A stretch of DNA of 29,626 bases from a virus (Duplodnaviria; Caudoviricetes), in IMG/VR virus record IMGVR_UViG_3300031963_000683, positions 1 through 29,626 of that record; one strand, given 5' to 3'. Below the pieces are notes generated by a model that was given only the letters and a program-made list of their open reading frames with translations, had not been told where the DNA came from and ran no database searches. A program made the translations under genes and the position numbers. Positions 1-8,546 of this stretch are shown here, piece after piece; within the stretch, counting starts at the first letter, position 1, and each line of letters begins with the position of its first letter.

Positions 1-104
1 TTGACGATCAGCGAGCCGGCAGCGTCAGCGGCGACCAGGCCGGCCGCCTTGAGCGAGAGGGACGAGTCGTAGGTGTAGGAGCGGATCTGAGTGGCGGTGG
101 CCAT
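1..104 (-). CDS. Virion protein downstream of the major capsid gene (possible capsid cement/decoration protein), truncated by the window edge
   Basis: ATG at 104 preceded by AAGGGG RBS just after the MCP stop; reads MATATQIRSYTYDSSLSLKAAGLVAADAAGSLIV off the window; not in the ORF track; function inferred from position only. Confidence 0.6.
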   Translation of the reverse strand, partial: MATATQIRSYTYDSSLSLKAAGLVAADAAGSLIV

Positions 105-117
105 GGTCGGTGTCCCC

Positions 118-1041
118 TTAAGCCACGATCGCGGCGTTGGTGATGGAAGTCAGGCGGGTGGCGGCATACGGGTTCTCGATGCAGAAGCTGTTGAACCACT
201 CGATACGGGTGCGGTGCTTCGGCTCGGACTGCAGCTCGCCCAGATCCTTGACCGACATCGGCGCGACCTGGATGCCGCAGATGTGGCCTTCCTTCAGCGA
301 CATGACGTAGATTGAGGAGGTGACAGCAGAGCCGCCGCCGGAAGCGGTCTCGGTGAAGGGCAGCAGGGCGGTGTCCGGGCCGGTCTCGTAGCCGACCAGG
401 AAGGGCAGACCGTTGTAGGTCATGACCTCACGACCGAAGTCGTCCTTGGTCAGGTTCAGGTTGCCCGACAGGGTCTGGTTCCGCATCGTCGCGCCGAACT
501 TGGTGCGAAGGGCGAAGGGCAGCAGGATGTGGGTCGGGTCGACCGTGTTGGCGATCGCCTCGTCCAGGGCGGCCAGGGACAGGGCGGCACCGCCCGAAGC
601 AGCCGAGTTGGCAATCACGGCGCGGCCGGTCAGGCGACGCTGCAGGCCGTCGGGCGACTTGGGGTTGGTCGAGTTGTCGCCGGTGATCAGGGCAGAGGTA
701 ACCGCGCGGGCCATCTGCTTGATCTTGCGGCTTTCCTCGCGGGCGCGGCGACCGGGGTCCAGCGCCAGCAGGTAGTTGTCGACGTCGGCCTCGCCGCCGG
801 CGATGAACACCTGCTCGACCTGCGGGTTCTCAACCGAGGTGTCGGGCGTGTAGCTCTCGTTCACGCCGCGGTAGGCGATGCCCGGCAGGGTGGCCTCCAG
901 CGTGTATTGGTAAGCGCCGCCAGTGGTCTTCCACGGCACGGCAGCCAGCAGGTCGGACGACTGAGCATAGAGCTCAACGACCGCCTTTTCGACGCCGGGC
1001 TGCAGGCCCTTGGAGTATTCAACGAGATTCTGAGCAGTCAT
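118..1041 (-). CDS. Major capsid protein (HK97-fold, BPP-1-like)
   Basis: 307 aa; TLPGIAYRGVNESY, GGEADVD and GDNSTNPKSPDGL motifs typical of this MCP group; follows the scaffold gene; AAGGGG RBS. Confidence 0.88.
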   Translation of the reverse strand: MTAQNLVEYSKGLQPGVEKAVVELYAQSSDLLAAVPWKTTGGAYQYTLEATLPGIAYRGVNESYTPDTSVENPQVEQVFIAGGEADVDNYLLALDPGRRAREESRKIKQMARAVTSALITGDNSTNPKSPDGLQRRLTGRAVIANSAASGGAALSLAALDEAIANTVDPTHILLPFALRTKFGATMRNQTLSGNLNLTKDDFGREVMTYNGLPFLVGYETGPDTALLPFTETASGGGSAVTSSIYVMSLKEGHICGIQVAPMSVKDLGELQSEPKHRTRIEWFNSFCIENPYAATRLTSITNAAIVA

Positions 1042-1056
1042 GTTGGTCGATTCCCC

Positions 1057-1761
1057 TTAGCCGGCCTGGCGGGCGCGGATTGCGGTGAGAAGTGCTTGGC
1101 CGGACAGGCCGTCGAGGTCTGAGGTTGGGGTGGCGGGCGGACCGGCCGAAATGGCCGAGCCGGTTAGTTTCGAGACGAGGGCTTCCAGTGCGATCACCGC
1201 GTCAGCGGAACGCATCGACTGGCGAATGGCGTTGGCCCCTTCAGCGCCTACGGCGGCGACAAGGGACGAGTGGATCGCGCCGGTGCGCTTGACATGCTCG
1301 GCGCCCAGTTTGGCCTGCTCGGCGGTGATGTGCGCCTGCTCGGCCTTCGCGGCCTCGACCTCGAGCTTGGTGAAGGCGGCCAGCAGCTTCTCGACGCCGG
1401 CCTGCGGAACGCCGCACTCGTGCAGCACGGGCAGGACGGCTTGCGCCAGAGGATCGGTCGGGTCGAACTGGACCGGCTTGCCGTCCAGGCCGACGATGTC
1501 CTCGCCCAGCTTGAGCTCGTACTTGTCAGCCGACTCCGGCACACCCTCGCGGCGGGCGGCCTCAGCGGCTTCAAGCTCGGCGAGGCGGGAGAAGGCTTCG
1601 GGCTTCACGCCGGCGGCGTCGTCCCAGTAGGTGTCGGGCAGTCCATCCGGGCGCGCGGGCATGGCGGGGGCCGACACCTCCGGCGCAGCAGCCATGACAG
1701 AGACTTCAGGCGCGGGGGCAGCCGGTTCGGCAGCTTCGGGAGCGGGTGTTTGGTCCGTCAT
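1057..1761 (-). CDS. Capsid assembly scaffolding protein
   Basis: Acidic Ala/Pro-rich N-terminus (MTDQTPAPEA), RPDGLPDTYWD and VPESADKYEL motifs, helical core; lies between portal and MCP; start placed at ATG 1761 with no SD (probably leaderless). Confidence 0.8.
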   Translation of the reverse strand: MTDQTPAPEAAEPAAPAPEVSVMAAAPEVSAPAMPARPDGLPDTYWDDAAGVKPEAFSRLAELEAAEAARREGVPESADKYELKLGEDIVGLDGKPVQFDPTDPLAQAVLPVLHECGVPQAGVEKLLAAFTKLEVEAAKAEQAHITAEQAKLGAEHVKRTGAIHSSLVAAVGAEGANAIRQSMRSADAVIALEALVSKLTGSAISAGPPATPTSDLDGLSGQALLTAIRARQAG

Positions 1762-1768
1762 AATCGGA

Positions 1769-1802
1769 ACCGTGAGGTCGTGGGCGGCGAGCTTCAACGC
1801 AC
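1769..1802 (-). promoter_or_regulatory. Putative late promoter copy 1 (GTGCG-TTGAAG-N17-CACGGT)
   Basis: Exact GTGCGTTGA 9-mer shared by six sites; scaffold ATG lies 7 nt after the -10-position hexamer. Confidence 0.65.
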
Positions 1803-1807
1803 GGACC

Positions 1808-2068
1808 TCATGGTGCGGGCGCGCCTTTGGCGATCAGTTTCTGGACAATCCGACGCGCGCCCTCGGCGTCACGCAGGGCCGCCTCGCTGCAGCCCAGGGG
1901 CGTGGCGTCGCTGACCTCGTCCATGAGCCAGTCGAGGACGCGCTGGCCATCGGCGCTGATCAGCATGTGCCGGCAGATCACCGACTCGATTGGCTCCTCT
2001 TGCGAGGCGATCGAGGCGGGCCGTGCGTTGGCCGCGCGGAGACGGTCGAACCTACGCGGCCCCGACAT
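1808..2068 (-). CDS. Bbp19-like small head-module protein
   Basis: 86 aa with DGQRVLDWL and EGARRIV pattern; position between portal and scaffold. Confidence 0.7.
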   Translation of the reverse strand: MSGPRRFDRLRAANARPASIASQEEPIESVICRHMLISADGQRVLDWLMDEVSDATPLGCSEAALRDAEGARRIVQKLIAKGAPAP

Positions 2069-3575
2069 CTGGCATGCCTCCGCCTTGGGCCATCATTTGA
2101 GCGGCCTGCTCGGCCATGATCTGCTCGTCCGACTTCATGACGATGTGGCGTTCCTTCGCCGTGGCGATCAGGTTCTCCATCGTGGCCTTGGCATCGACCG
2201 GCACGCCGACCTGCATGGCCCCTCCGATGCTGGCGGCCATCGACAGCACCTGCCCCGTGAGGTTCATGTCCTCGAGATCCTTGGCCTTGGACAGCGGGCT
2301 GATCGGCCGGCAGTTCACGATCTTGCCACCCTTGAGCTTGACCTCGGGCAGCACGCCGCGCTTGGCGAGAATCCACGCCACGCGCTCGATGATCGGCAGC
2401 ACCCACTCGCGGACGCAGCGGTCGCGCGGCAGCTCCTTGCGGCGCGTGTTCCACGCCTTCTCGTCCATCCACTGACCCAGCGTCGGCGGCGTATCGCCGG
2501 GCTGCTCGGGACGGTCCTGGTAGCAGGCGCGCTTGATGCCCTTGCGCATCTCGTCGGCGGCGAAGAACGAGGCGTCGAACCGCACGTCCGGCAGGAAGGC
2601 CTCGGGCGCCTTGGATTGCGGCGCGCGGGCGAAGCCCTTGCCGGGCTCCATGCCGCCGTCAAAGTTGGCGAGGCCGTCCTCCTCGTAGGAGAAGGCCGGG
2701 TCGATCGTGCGGCCCAGACCCTTAAGGTTCAGGTACGCAAGCTCATCCAGCACGCGAGCACGCGGCGTCGCCTTCTTGAACGGGCCGGGGCCCCACGCGG
2801 AATCGGCCTGCTGGCGAAAGCGGCAGGTGATGATCGGGCAGGAGCCGGCACCCTCATAGGTGAGGTTCACCCGCTCCTTGTCGTCGACGAAGATCCGGTA
2901 GCTCCACCGCTCAACGCCCGGCGTCGACCAGTCGCGGTCACAGCCCTCGACGATCCGTTGCTTCTTGTCCTTGCCGACACCGCTGAACGCTGGAAACTCT
3001 TTCCCCATCGACGCGCCCCAGAGCATGTTTTGCTCCGCCTGGGTCAGTTTCATCTCACGCCACTTGCCGGTCACGGACCCGTCGGGGCCGCGCTCCATCA
3101 GCAAGTCGGGAATCTCGATCGGCTGGAAATGCAGCGGGTTCAGCGGCCCCATGTCCGACAGGGCCACCGCCATCGCCGACACGCCCCAGTACGCGAAGCA
3201 CTCCTGCGCGGCGTCCCAGTAGTTTGACCGCTCGATCTCAGCGAACACGGCGTCGCCGATCGCGGCGAGCTGAGGCGCGATCTCGCGCTTCTGGCCCTCC
3301 GACAGGTCGTCCGCCGGCTCGAACATCACCCACCGCTCGTGGCGCGGGGTGAAGGTCGAGATCATGTCCGACGCGAAATCCTCGGCGACGATCTCGAGCT
3401 CATTGTCGAACTGGTCGTCCTGCTCCTCAATGCGGAGCGAGGAGTCGGATCGGTCGTTGCATCGGCGATAGGTCGGCAGCGCCAGGCGCAGCGTCTCGTC
3501 AATCCATGTCGCGTGACGCGCCTTGTCCTGCCTCGCTGCGGCAACGCGGGCGAGGATCTGTTTGGCGTTGGCCAT
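2052..3575 (-). CDS. Portal protein (T7/BPP-1-type head-to-tail connector)
   Basis: 507 aa; IERSNYW, RFRQQADSAWGPGP and PISPLSKA motifs; Q/M/A-rich tail; synteny with terL and capsid. Confidence 0.9.
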   Translation of the reverse strand: MANAKQILARVAAARQDKARHATWIDETLRLALPTYRRCNDRSDSSLRIEEQDDQFDNELEIVAEDFASDMISTFTPRHERWVMFEPADDLSEGQKREIAPQLAAIGDAVFAEIERSNYWDAAQECFAYWGVSAMAVALSDMGPLNPLHFQPIEIPDLLMERGPDGSVTGKWREMKLTQAEQNMLWGASMGKEFPAFSGVGKDKKQRIVEGCDRDWSTPGVERWSYRIFVDDKERVNLTYEGAGSCPIITCRFRQQADSAWGPGPFKKATPRARVLDELAYLNLKGLGRTIDPAFSYEEDGLANFDGGMEPGKGFARAPQSKAPEAFLPDVRFDASFFAADEMRKGIKRACYQDRPEQPGDTPPTLGQWMDEKAWNTRRKELPRDRCVREWVLPIIERVAWILAKRGVLPEVKLKGGKIVNCRPISPLSKAKDLEDMNLTGQVLSMAASIGGAMQVGVPVDAKATMENLIATAKERHIVMKSDEQIMAEQAAQMMAQGGGMPDVGAA

Positions 3576-3883
3576 CAGTACATCACCGAGAGGCTGCGGT
3601 CAGCGGAGCCGAAACGCGAGCCGCCGGCGAAAGCGGTGCCAGACCCCGCGCCTGAACCGCCGGGCGAGCCGACGCCGGGAGTCATCGGGCCGCCCACGAT
3701 CGGGACGGACCCGCCACCGCCGCCGGGCAGCGAGCCAAAACGGCGGTTGCGCCGTCCGGTTGCCCCCAGCAGCCAGGCTTGGGTCTCCTCGGTGCGCGCG
3801 TTCTCAGCCCGACGCTCCTCACGCTCGCGCGCGGCTTTCGTGGCCGGATCTTCTTCGGGAAGCGTGACCTTCGGAGTCCTCAT
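3575..3883 (-). CDS. Small Gly-rich virion protein upstream of portal
   Basis: ATG 3883 overlaps the upstream stop (ATGA); MRTPKVTLPEED, charged helix, then Gly-rich tail; stop overlaps the portal start. Confidence 0.65.
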   Translation of the reverse strand: MRTPKVTLPEEDPATKAAREREERRAENARTEETQAWLLGATGRRNRRFGSLPGGGGGSVPIVGGPMTPGVGSPGGSGAGSGTAFAGGSRFGSADRSLSVMY

Positions 3884-4308
3884 GCCTGCCTGCTCTCGAA
3901 CGCGGGTCGCGCACCTTGAGCAATCAGATCGCGGTAGAAGGCCTCCGGTCTCAACGCACGGGACCGCGCGCCGACCAGATGCGCGACCGCCGGCGTGCAC
4001 CAGAAGCCAATGCGGACGCCGGGCTCAACAGGCTCGCCGACCGGCTCGAACGCGACGATGCGGCGGTTGTCCGGCAAGGCCTCGACCCATGCGTCCATCT
4101 GACTGGGCGTCAGCATGCGGATCAGGGTACGGCGGGTCGTGACGTCGTACAGCAGCCACGCGGCCTGCTCGGCGCAATAGCCGAACGCGGCGACGTGGCG
4201 AAAGCCAACGCGGCACAGGCTCGACCACCAATACCGCCGATCGCCGTCGTAAAAAGCGACATACCAATGCGGCGGCATGCCCGAGAGAGCGTCGTCGGTT
4301 TCGATCAT
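3880..4308 (-). CDS. Hypothetical protein, possibly permuted papain/NlpC-P60-like
   Basis: 142 aa coupled to the terL stop; His (FRHVAAF) precedes Cys (FWCTPAVA) and a RPEAFY tail. Confidence 0.6.
   Translation of the reverse strand: MIETDDALSGMPPHWYVAFYDGDRRYWWSSLCRVGFRHVAAFGYCAEQAAWLLYDVTTRRTLIRMLTPSQMDAWVEALPDNRRIVAFEPVGEPVEPGVRIGFWCTPAVAHLVGARSRALRPEAFYRDLIAQGARPAFESRQA
3926..3959 (-). promoter_or_regulatory. Putative late promoter copy 2 (GTGCG-TTGAGA-N17-CGATCT), inside a CDS, upstream of the portal block
   Basis: Same 9-mer and same CnnnnT spacing as the other copies. Confidence 0.45.
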
Positions 4309-6893
4309 CGCCGGGCCCGGAACAGCGGCGCGCGCGATCCGCGATCGAACACCCGCGCCTGCACCTTGGTCTGTACTGCGGCGACGTTGCGGCCGGCACC
4401 GAACAGCAGGTTCCCGCCCTCGCCCATACCCAGCAGGAGGTATTGGAACGCGTCACAGTTCGAGACCAGCGCGCCCTCCACGTAGAAGACGTGCTCGTTT
4501 TCGACCTCTAAGTCATAGACGGGTAGCGAGCCGTAGAGCCGCAGCGGTTCGACCCGAACAACTCTTGGAGCAGTGCGTGACCTTTGAATATTTGTTGGTG
4601 CGGAAGCCGACGCCGCACTGAACGCAGATCCGATCCACGTCATCCACGCCGGAAGCCCTGCGGGCCATGCCCTGACAGGACATGGAGCAGAAGCCCTTTT
4701 TTCTGTAGCCGTATTTGACCCAGTAGGGCTTAGCGCACCAGACGCACTCGTGTTGCTGAGGCTCGCGCTTTGAGGCGTCGAGCTTGGCGGCGGCGCTGGC
4801 GCGTCGGCGATATTCTGGGCACTTCTTTGCCTCAGCAGCTTTGAGCCGCATGGTAGCCAGAAACCCCGCGCAGTTTTGCGGCATAGGTCCGTCGTGAATC
4901 CAGTGGTGCTTTGCGTGATCCTCCGCGTGCATCGCCTCCAGATTTTCGATTGCGTTGTTGGCTGCGTCTCCGTCGACGTGGTGGATATGATGGTCATCGG
5001 GGATCGGCCCGTGATGGTGCTCCCAGACGACGCGATGCATGTAGCGCCCGCCAAACTTGGGGTCGCAGCGGTAATAACCGCTGGGGCCGGGTCGACGGTA
5101 ATAGCGCCGCCCGTTGAACTCTTGGATTGGGTACTTCGCGGGTCTGCCCATGAATCACATTCTCCGACTAGGAGATCATTATACTGCAAAGCATCAGCAC
5201 GCACAAAACGCACGCCATCAACAGCGAAGTGATGCTCGGGCGTGCAAGTGATCTTGCGGCCATTGGAGAGATGAACCTGCACCAAGTCGGACGCGGGGCG
5301 GTTCATGCAGGCCGCGACCCTCTGCGCGCCATTTGGGGTCAGGACGAGATCACCGGGCTGAAGCGTCTCAATCGGCACGCGGCCGGACGGCGTGCTCACC
5401 AACGTCCCGGCCACAAAGCAGGTGTGACTGTACTGGTTCTTGACGACGTCGTCGGAGACGAACTCGCCGAACGAGGACTTGGTGACCTTGAACTGGTAGC
5501 CGCCGCTCAGGCCTTGCACCAGCATGCGGCAGCCGGGGTCAATCATCAGCGCCTGATAGCCGTCGACCTGACGCTCGAGCAGGCTGTCGACCACCTCCTT
5601 GCGCCCGCCGACCTTGGAGAAGCGGTTGGCGCCGGGGGCCGGTCGGACCGGCATGCCTTGCTGGCGGAAGATGTCGAACGGGGTTTGCTCGTCGGTCTGT
5701 GACCGGACGGCGCTGCCAGGGTCGCCGATGAACTTGACGCGCGCCAGATCGAGGCCGCCGAAGCGGCGCAGGATCTCGCGCTTGACCACGGGCGCGAAGC
5801 TCACCGCGCCGACGCCCTCGGCGTAGAGCTCGCCCAGCACGAAGACGCGGCCGCGGATGGTCTGGCCAAACACGACCGCCGGCGTCAGGCCGAAGTCCAT
5901 GCCGACGTAGAGCTCCAGCTCGGGATTGAACTTGAGCGCGTTCGGGCTGACGTGGCTGTTGCGCTCACCCTCGCCGCGGAACAGCGGGTGCACCGCCTTA
6001 CCCTTCATCTGGCTGGCGGCGATGTTGCGGCAGTTGGCGTCGATCCACTGGCGCGTCACGCCGTGGATTTTCTTGGGGTAGTAGTCCGGCCTAAGCCAGC
6101 GCAGGTTCTCGGCGCCAGGGTTGACGCAGTACTCGACCTCGTCGCCCGGATTCAGCGGCTCCAGCCCAGAGGCCTTCAGCGCATCGTCCAGCACCAGCAG
6201 CGCCGGCGGCTGGACATACAGGCACCAGCCGGGCGGGCGGCGGTGCTTCTGCACGTCGTCCGGCGTGAAGTGGTCCGGCACGGGCGCCTTGCCGAACATG
6301 ATGGGCGCCCAGTGCAGGCTCTCGGGCGCGTTCATGTCAGCGATGCCGCCGGACCAGTTGCACCCGCCGTTCTTGACGGACGGATAGCGGCCGCAACGCG
6401 ACAACCCCTCCGTCACCAGCATCAGGCTGATGTACTGAAGCTCGTTGAAATAGATCCCGGTCAACTGCAGCGAGCGCAGCTTCTTGACATCGTCGTCTTT
6501 GTCCAGCGCGAGGAAGATGAACTCGGCTTCCATGTCGCCGTAGCGCATGTGGTAGGTGAACGGCGGCGACCACGACATCTCGCCGAAGCCGCCCTGCGCC
6601 TCCGAGCCCTCGGGAAACAGGTTCACGAACGAGGGGATCGTCGTCGTCTTCAGCTCAGGGAAGGTCGAGCGGACGATGGCGAAGCGGGAGCGCCGGACCT
6701 TATCGCCTTGCGGCGGTTGCTGACTTGCATGCCGGAACAGGCGCATGATCGCGGCGTCGGTCTTGCCCGAGCCGATCGGCCCCTGGATGATGTCGAACTC
6801 ATTGTCCGCGAGCAGGAACGCCGACAGGATTCGGCCATCAGGCTCAAAGCGGATCGGCTCGCGCGGTGGTTGGGATGCTGCCTTGCGGGCCAT
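4305..6893 (-). CDS. terL: Terminase large subunit precursor containing an intein
   Basis: Walker A GPIGSGKT, Walker B-like YFNELQY, nuclease motif VGMDFGLTPA, C-terminal SHT|CDAFQY interrupted by the intein. Confidence 0.93.
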   Translation of the reverse strand: MARKAASQPPREPIRFEPDGRILSAFLLADNEFDIIQGPIGSGKTDAAIMRLFRHASQQPPQGDKVRRSRFAIVRSTFPELKTTTIPSFVNLFPEGSEAQGGFGEMSWSPPFTYHMRYGDMEAEFIFLALDKDDDVKKLRSLQLTGIYFNELQYISLMLVTEGLSRCGRYPSVKNGGCNWSGGIADMNAPESLHWAPIMFGKAPVPDHFTPDDVQKHRRPPGWCLYVQPPALLVLDDALKASGLEPLNPGDEVEYCVNPGAENLRWLRPDYYPKKIHGVTRQWIDANCRNIAASQMKGKAVHPLFRGEGERNSHVSPNALKFNPELELYVGMDFGLTPAVVFGQTIRGRVFVLGELYAEGVGAVSFAPVVKREILRRFGGLDLARVKFIGDPGSAVRSQTDEQTPFDIFRQQGMPVRPAPGANRFSKVGGRKEVVDSLLERQVDGYQALMIDPGCRMLVQGLSGGYQFKVTKSSFGEFVSDDVVKNQYSHTCFVAGTLVSTPSGRVPIETLQPGDLVLTPNGAQRVAACMNRPASDLVQVHLSNGRKITCTPEHHFAVDGVRFVRADALQYNDLLVGECDSWADPRSTQSKSSTGGAITVDPAPAVITAATPSLAGATCIASSGSTITGRSPMTIISTTSTETQPTTQSKIWRRCTRRITQSTTGFTTDLCRKTARGFWLPCGSKLLRQRSAQNIADAPAPPPSSTPQSASLSNTSASGALSPTGSNTATEKRASAPCPVRAWPAGLPAWMTWIGSAFSAASASAPTNIQRSRTAPRVVRVEPLRLYGSLPVYDLEVENEHVFYVEGALVSNCDAFQYLLLGMGEGGNLLFGAGRNVAAVQTKVQARVFDRGSRAPLFRARR
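4458..5420 (-). mobile_element. Intein (321 aa) in TerL
   Basis: Block A CFVAGTLV, block B TCTPEHHF, block F VYDLEV, block G ALVSN followed by Cys+1; removal restores KNQYSHT-CDAFQY. Confidence 0.93.
4513..5151 (-). CDS. HNH homing endonuclease with C-terminal Cys zinc fingers, nested out of frame in the intein
   Basis: MHRVVWEHHHGPIP..HIHHVDGDAANNAIENLE HNH motif; CVWC..FCSMSC and CVQC..HCSKSC; own RBS GGAGA 9 nt before ATG. Confidence 0.9.
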   Translation of the reverse strand: MGRPAKYPIQEFNGRRYYRRPGPSGYYRCDPKFGGRYMHRVVWEHHHGPIPDDHHIHHVDGDAANNAIENLEAMHAEDHAKHHWIHDGPMPQNCAGFLATMRLKAAEAKKCPEYRRRASAAAKLDASKREPQQHECVWCAKPYWVKYGYRKKGFCSMSCQGMARRASGVDDVDRICVQCGVGFRTNKYSKVTHCSKSCSGRTAAALRLATRL

Positions 6894-6899
6894 ACGCGG

Positions 6900-6933
6900 A
6901 GAAGGCGCGGCGCTGGCTATGGGCTCAACGCAC
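6900..6933 (-). promoter_or_regulatory. Putative late promoter copy 3 (GTGCG-TTGAGC-N17-CCTTCT), leaderless terL
   Basis: Intergenic; terL ATG lies 6 nt after the hexamer; no SD. Confidence 0.7.
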
Positions 6934-6938
6934 GAGGA

Positions 6939-7856
6939 TTACGGCAGCCAGGTCCGCGACACCAGTTCCGACGCACCAAAACGACCCTTGCTCGCGCCGA
7001 TCACAGCGGTCGCAACGTCAAGCGTCCCGCCCGGCGTCAGGCCTGTGACCAGAGTCGTCGTGGCGTCGGCATAGGTCAGCAGCGCCCTGGTGTGGCCGGC
7101 AGGAACCGGCTCCGTGAACACCGGCAGGCTGCGTGATGCCGTTGTGCCTGTCGTGACGATGGGAGACGTTGCGACCGAGCCAAGCTCAAGTTGGGCCTGC
7201 CACAGAGTAACACCGGAAACGTCGTCGCCCGCGAAGGTGACGTTGGAGGTGGGGCTGATGTTGACGCGCGCGATCGCGTTCGCGGCCACGCCCGTAATCG
7301 CCACAGCGCTACGGTAGAAGCTGCGGGATACCGCCAGCAGGGATGGCGTAACGCCCGCCTCATTGCCGACAATCGTGCCCGTGTTGAGGTCAAACACCAC
7401 CCCGGAACCGACCGTGCCCAGCCGTTGAGTGACGAACCCGTAACCCGTCGGGACACCGAATATGGAATACGTCTGCGTTCCTGCCGACGATACCGGCGTC
7501 TGATCGAGGCGGTGTTGCGCGTTGGCCGTGCTGGCGACCACGGTATCAGCGGTCGTTGTGCCGTCCGGAGCGATAACGGCGTTGGCCGTCACACCAAAGA
7601 TATTGGTTCTGGCATACGAACCGTTGTCGAACTCTTGCGAGCGCCGCAGAAGGTTGGTCGCGGCAGGCTCTAGCGCAAGGCCCCGATCCGTCCGCTGTGG
7701 CGCATCCTCCGCAAACGTCTCGATCACGCCTGCCGCTGTCAGCGCGGTCGCCGCGCCGACCCGCGTGTAGGTCGAGCCTGCGGGCATGGCGGCGCGGAAG
7801 TCGTGGAAAATGGCAGCCTTGGAAAGCGATGCGAGATCTATGCCGATCCCGAGCAT
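6939..7856 (-). CDS. Head spike fibre protein (RcGTA rcc01080-like)
   Basis: MLGIGIDL N-terminus, LALEPAATNLL and WQAQLELGSVATSPI motifs; follows the spike-base gene. Confidence 0.75.
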   Translation of the reverse strand: MLGIGIDLASLSKAAIFHDFRAAMPAGSTYTRVGAATALTAAGVIETFAEDAPQRTDRGLALEPAATNLLRRSQEFDNGSYARTNIFGVTANAVIAPDGTTTADTVVASTANAQHRLDQTPVSSAGTQTYSIFGVPTGYGFVTQRLGTVGSGVVFDLNTGTIVGNEAGVTPSLLAVSRSFYRSAVAITGVAANAIARVNISPTSNVTFAGDDVSGVTLWQAQLELGSVATSPIVTTGTTASRSLPVFTEPVPAGHTRALLTYADATTTLVTGLTPGGTLDVATAVIGASKGRFGASELVSRTWLP

Positions 7857-8116
7857 CAGTAGAGGGCGACCAGGTTCGTTGCGGTGGTGCTGGTGGCGTT
7901 CACCCGCTGGCAGTTCACCGGGAGCACCGTGCCAGACGCAGCGTTCTTGAACGTCACCGCATTGTCCTGGGCGGTGATGACGACGACGTCGCCACCTACG
8001 CCGACGTAGATGCCGCGGCAGATCGCAAAATAGGTCGTGTCGGACGGCGTGATCGCCACCGCGTCGTCTGCAGCGCCGTTATCACCGGCAGCGAATGGGT
8101 TGCGCACAACGGGCAT
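7856..8116 (-). CDS. Head spike base protein (RcGTA rcc01079-like)
   Basis: 86 aa AVAITPSD..RGIYVGVGGDV..VTFKN..GTVLPV..RVNATSTTATNLVAL; AGGAG RBS. Confidence 0.85.
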   Translation of the reverse strand: MPVVRNPFAAGDNGAADDAVAITPSDTTYFAICRGIYVGVGGDVVVITAQDNAVTFKNAASGTVLPVNCQRVNATSTTATNLVALY

Positions 8117-8139
8117 CGTTGGGTCTCCTGTTCGTGGAC

Positions 8140-8173
8140 ACCACGCCGCAAGCCCAAGGGTCGCTCAACGCAC
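8140..8173 (-). promoter_or_regulatory. Putative late promoter copy 4 (GTGCG-TTGAGC-N17-CGTGGT)
   Basis: Intergenic, immediately after the upstream stop. Confidence 0.65.
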
Positions 8174-8175
8174 CG

Positions 8176-8529
8176 TCAGTGAACCCAGCCGTTGAGGTGC
8201 GCAATCTCGTGACGCAGGAGCTTGCCGCAATAGGCGTCCTGCTCGGCCGGACAGTGCGGCAGCAGGATCACGCGCCTGGGCATGAAGGTGCAGGCCATGA
8301 TGATGTCCCGCGCCGGGGGCGGCTGGCCACCGCACGCCATGTGCACCTGATACGGCGTGCCGACGATGACGACGAACGGCTGGTCAGGGGCATGATCGTA
8401 TTTGGCCGGCGGGGCCTCGACCGCTTCAGGCGAGGGCACAAAGAGCCGGACTTCCTGCGTAGAGGCGGAGGGGCCTGACATGGTGGGTATGAGCGTGACA
8501 GCCAAGGCTGCGATCAGGGTTTTCAGCAT
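8176..8529 (-). CDS. Small exported protein with HExxH (zincin-like) motif
   Basis: Signal-peptide-like MLKTLIAALAVTLI, four Cys, C-terminal LRHEIAHLNGW; AGGAGG RBS. Confidence 0.7.
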   Translation of the reverse strand: MLKTLIAALAVTLIPTMSGPSASTQEVRLFVPSPEAVEAPPAKYDHAPDQPFVVIVGTPYQVHMACGGQPPPARDIIMACTFMPRRVILLPHCPAEQDAYCGKLLRHEIAHLNGWVH

Positions 8530-8546
8530 GCGCCCCTCCTGTGTGT

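Noticed and set aside
1827-3227. Long plus-strand ORFs opposite portal, terL, phosphoesterase, primase and helicase (e.g. 1827-3227, 5952-7136, 8941-10695, 17742-19058, 20952-22154)
   Set aside because: Antisense shadow ORFs expected from high-GC codon bias, with no motifs or RBS.
4513-5151. Nested HNHs as sequencing frameshift artefacts
   Set aside because: Each has its own SD, ATG and stop, the host frames are uninterrupted, and the same geometry occurs twice. Raw reads would settle it.
4513-5153. Pairing between the start (UCAUGGGC) and stop (GUCUAUGA) regions of the intein HNH
   Set aside because: Only 8 bp with two G-U pairs, and the 3' side is constrained by intein block F codons.
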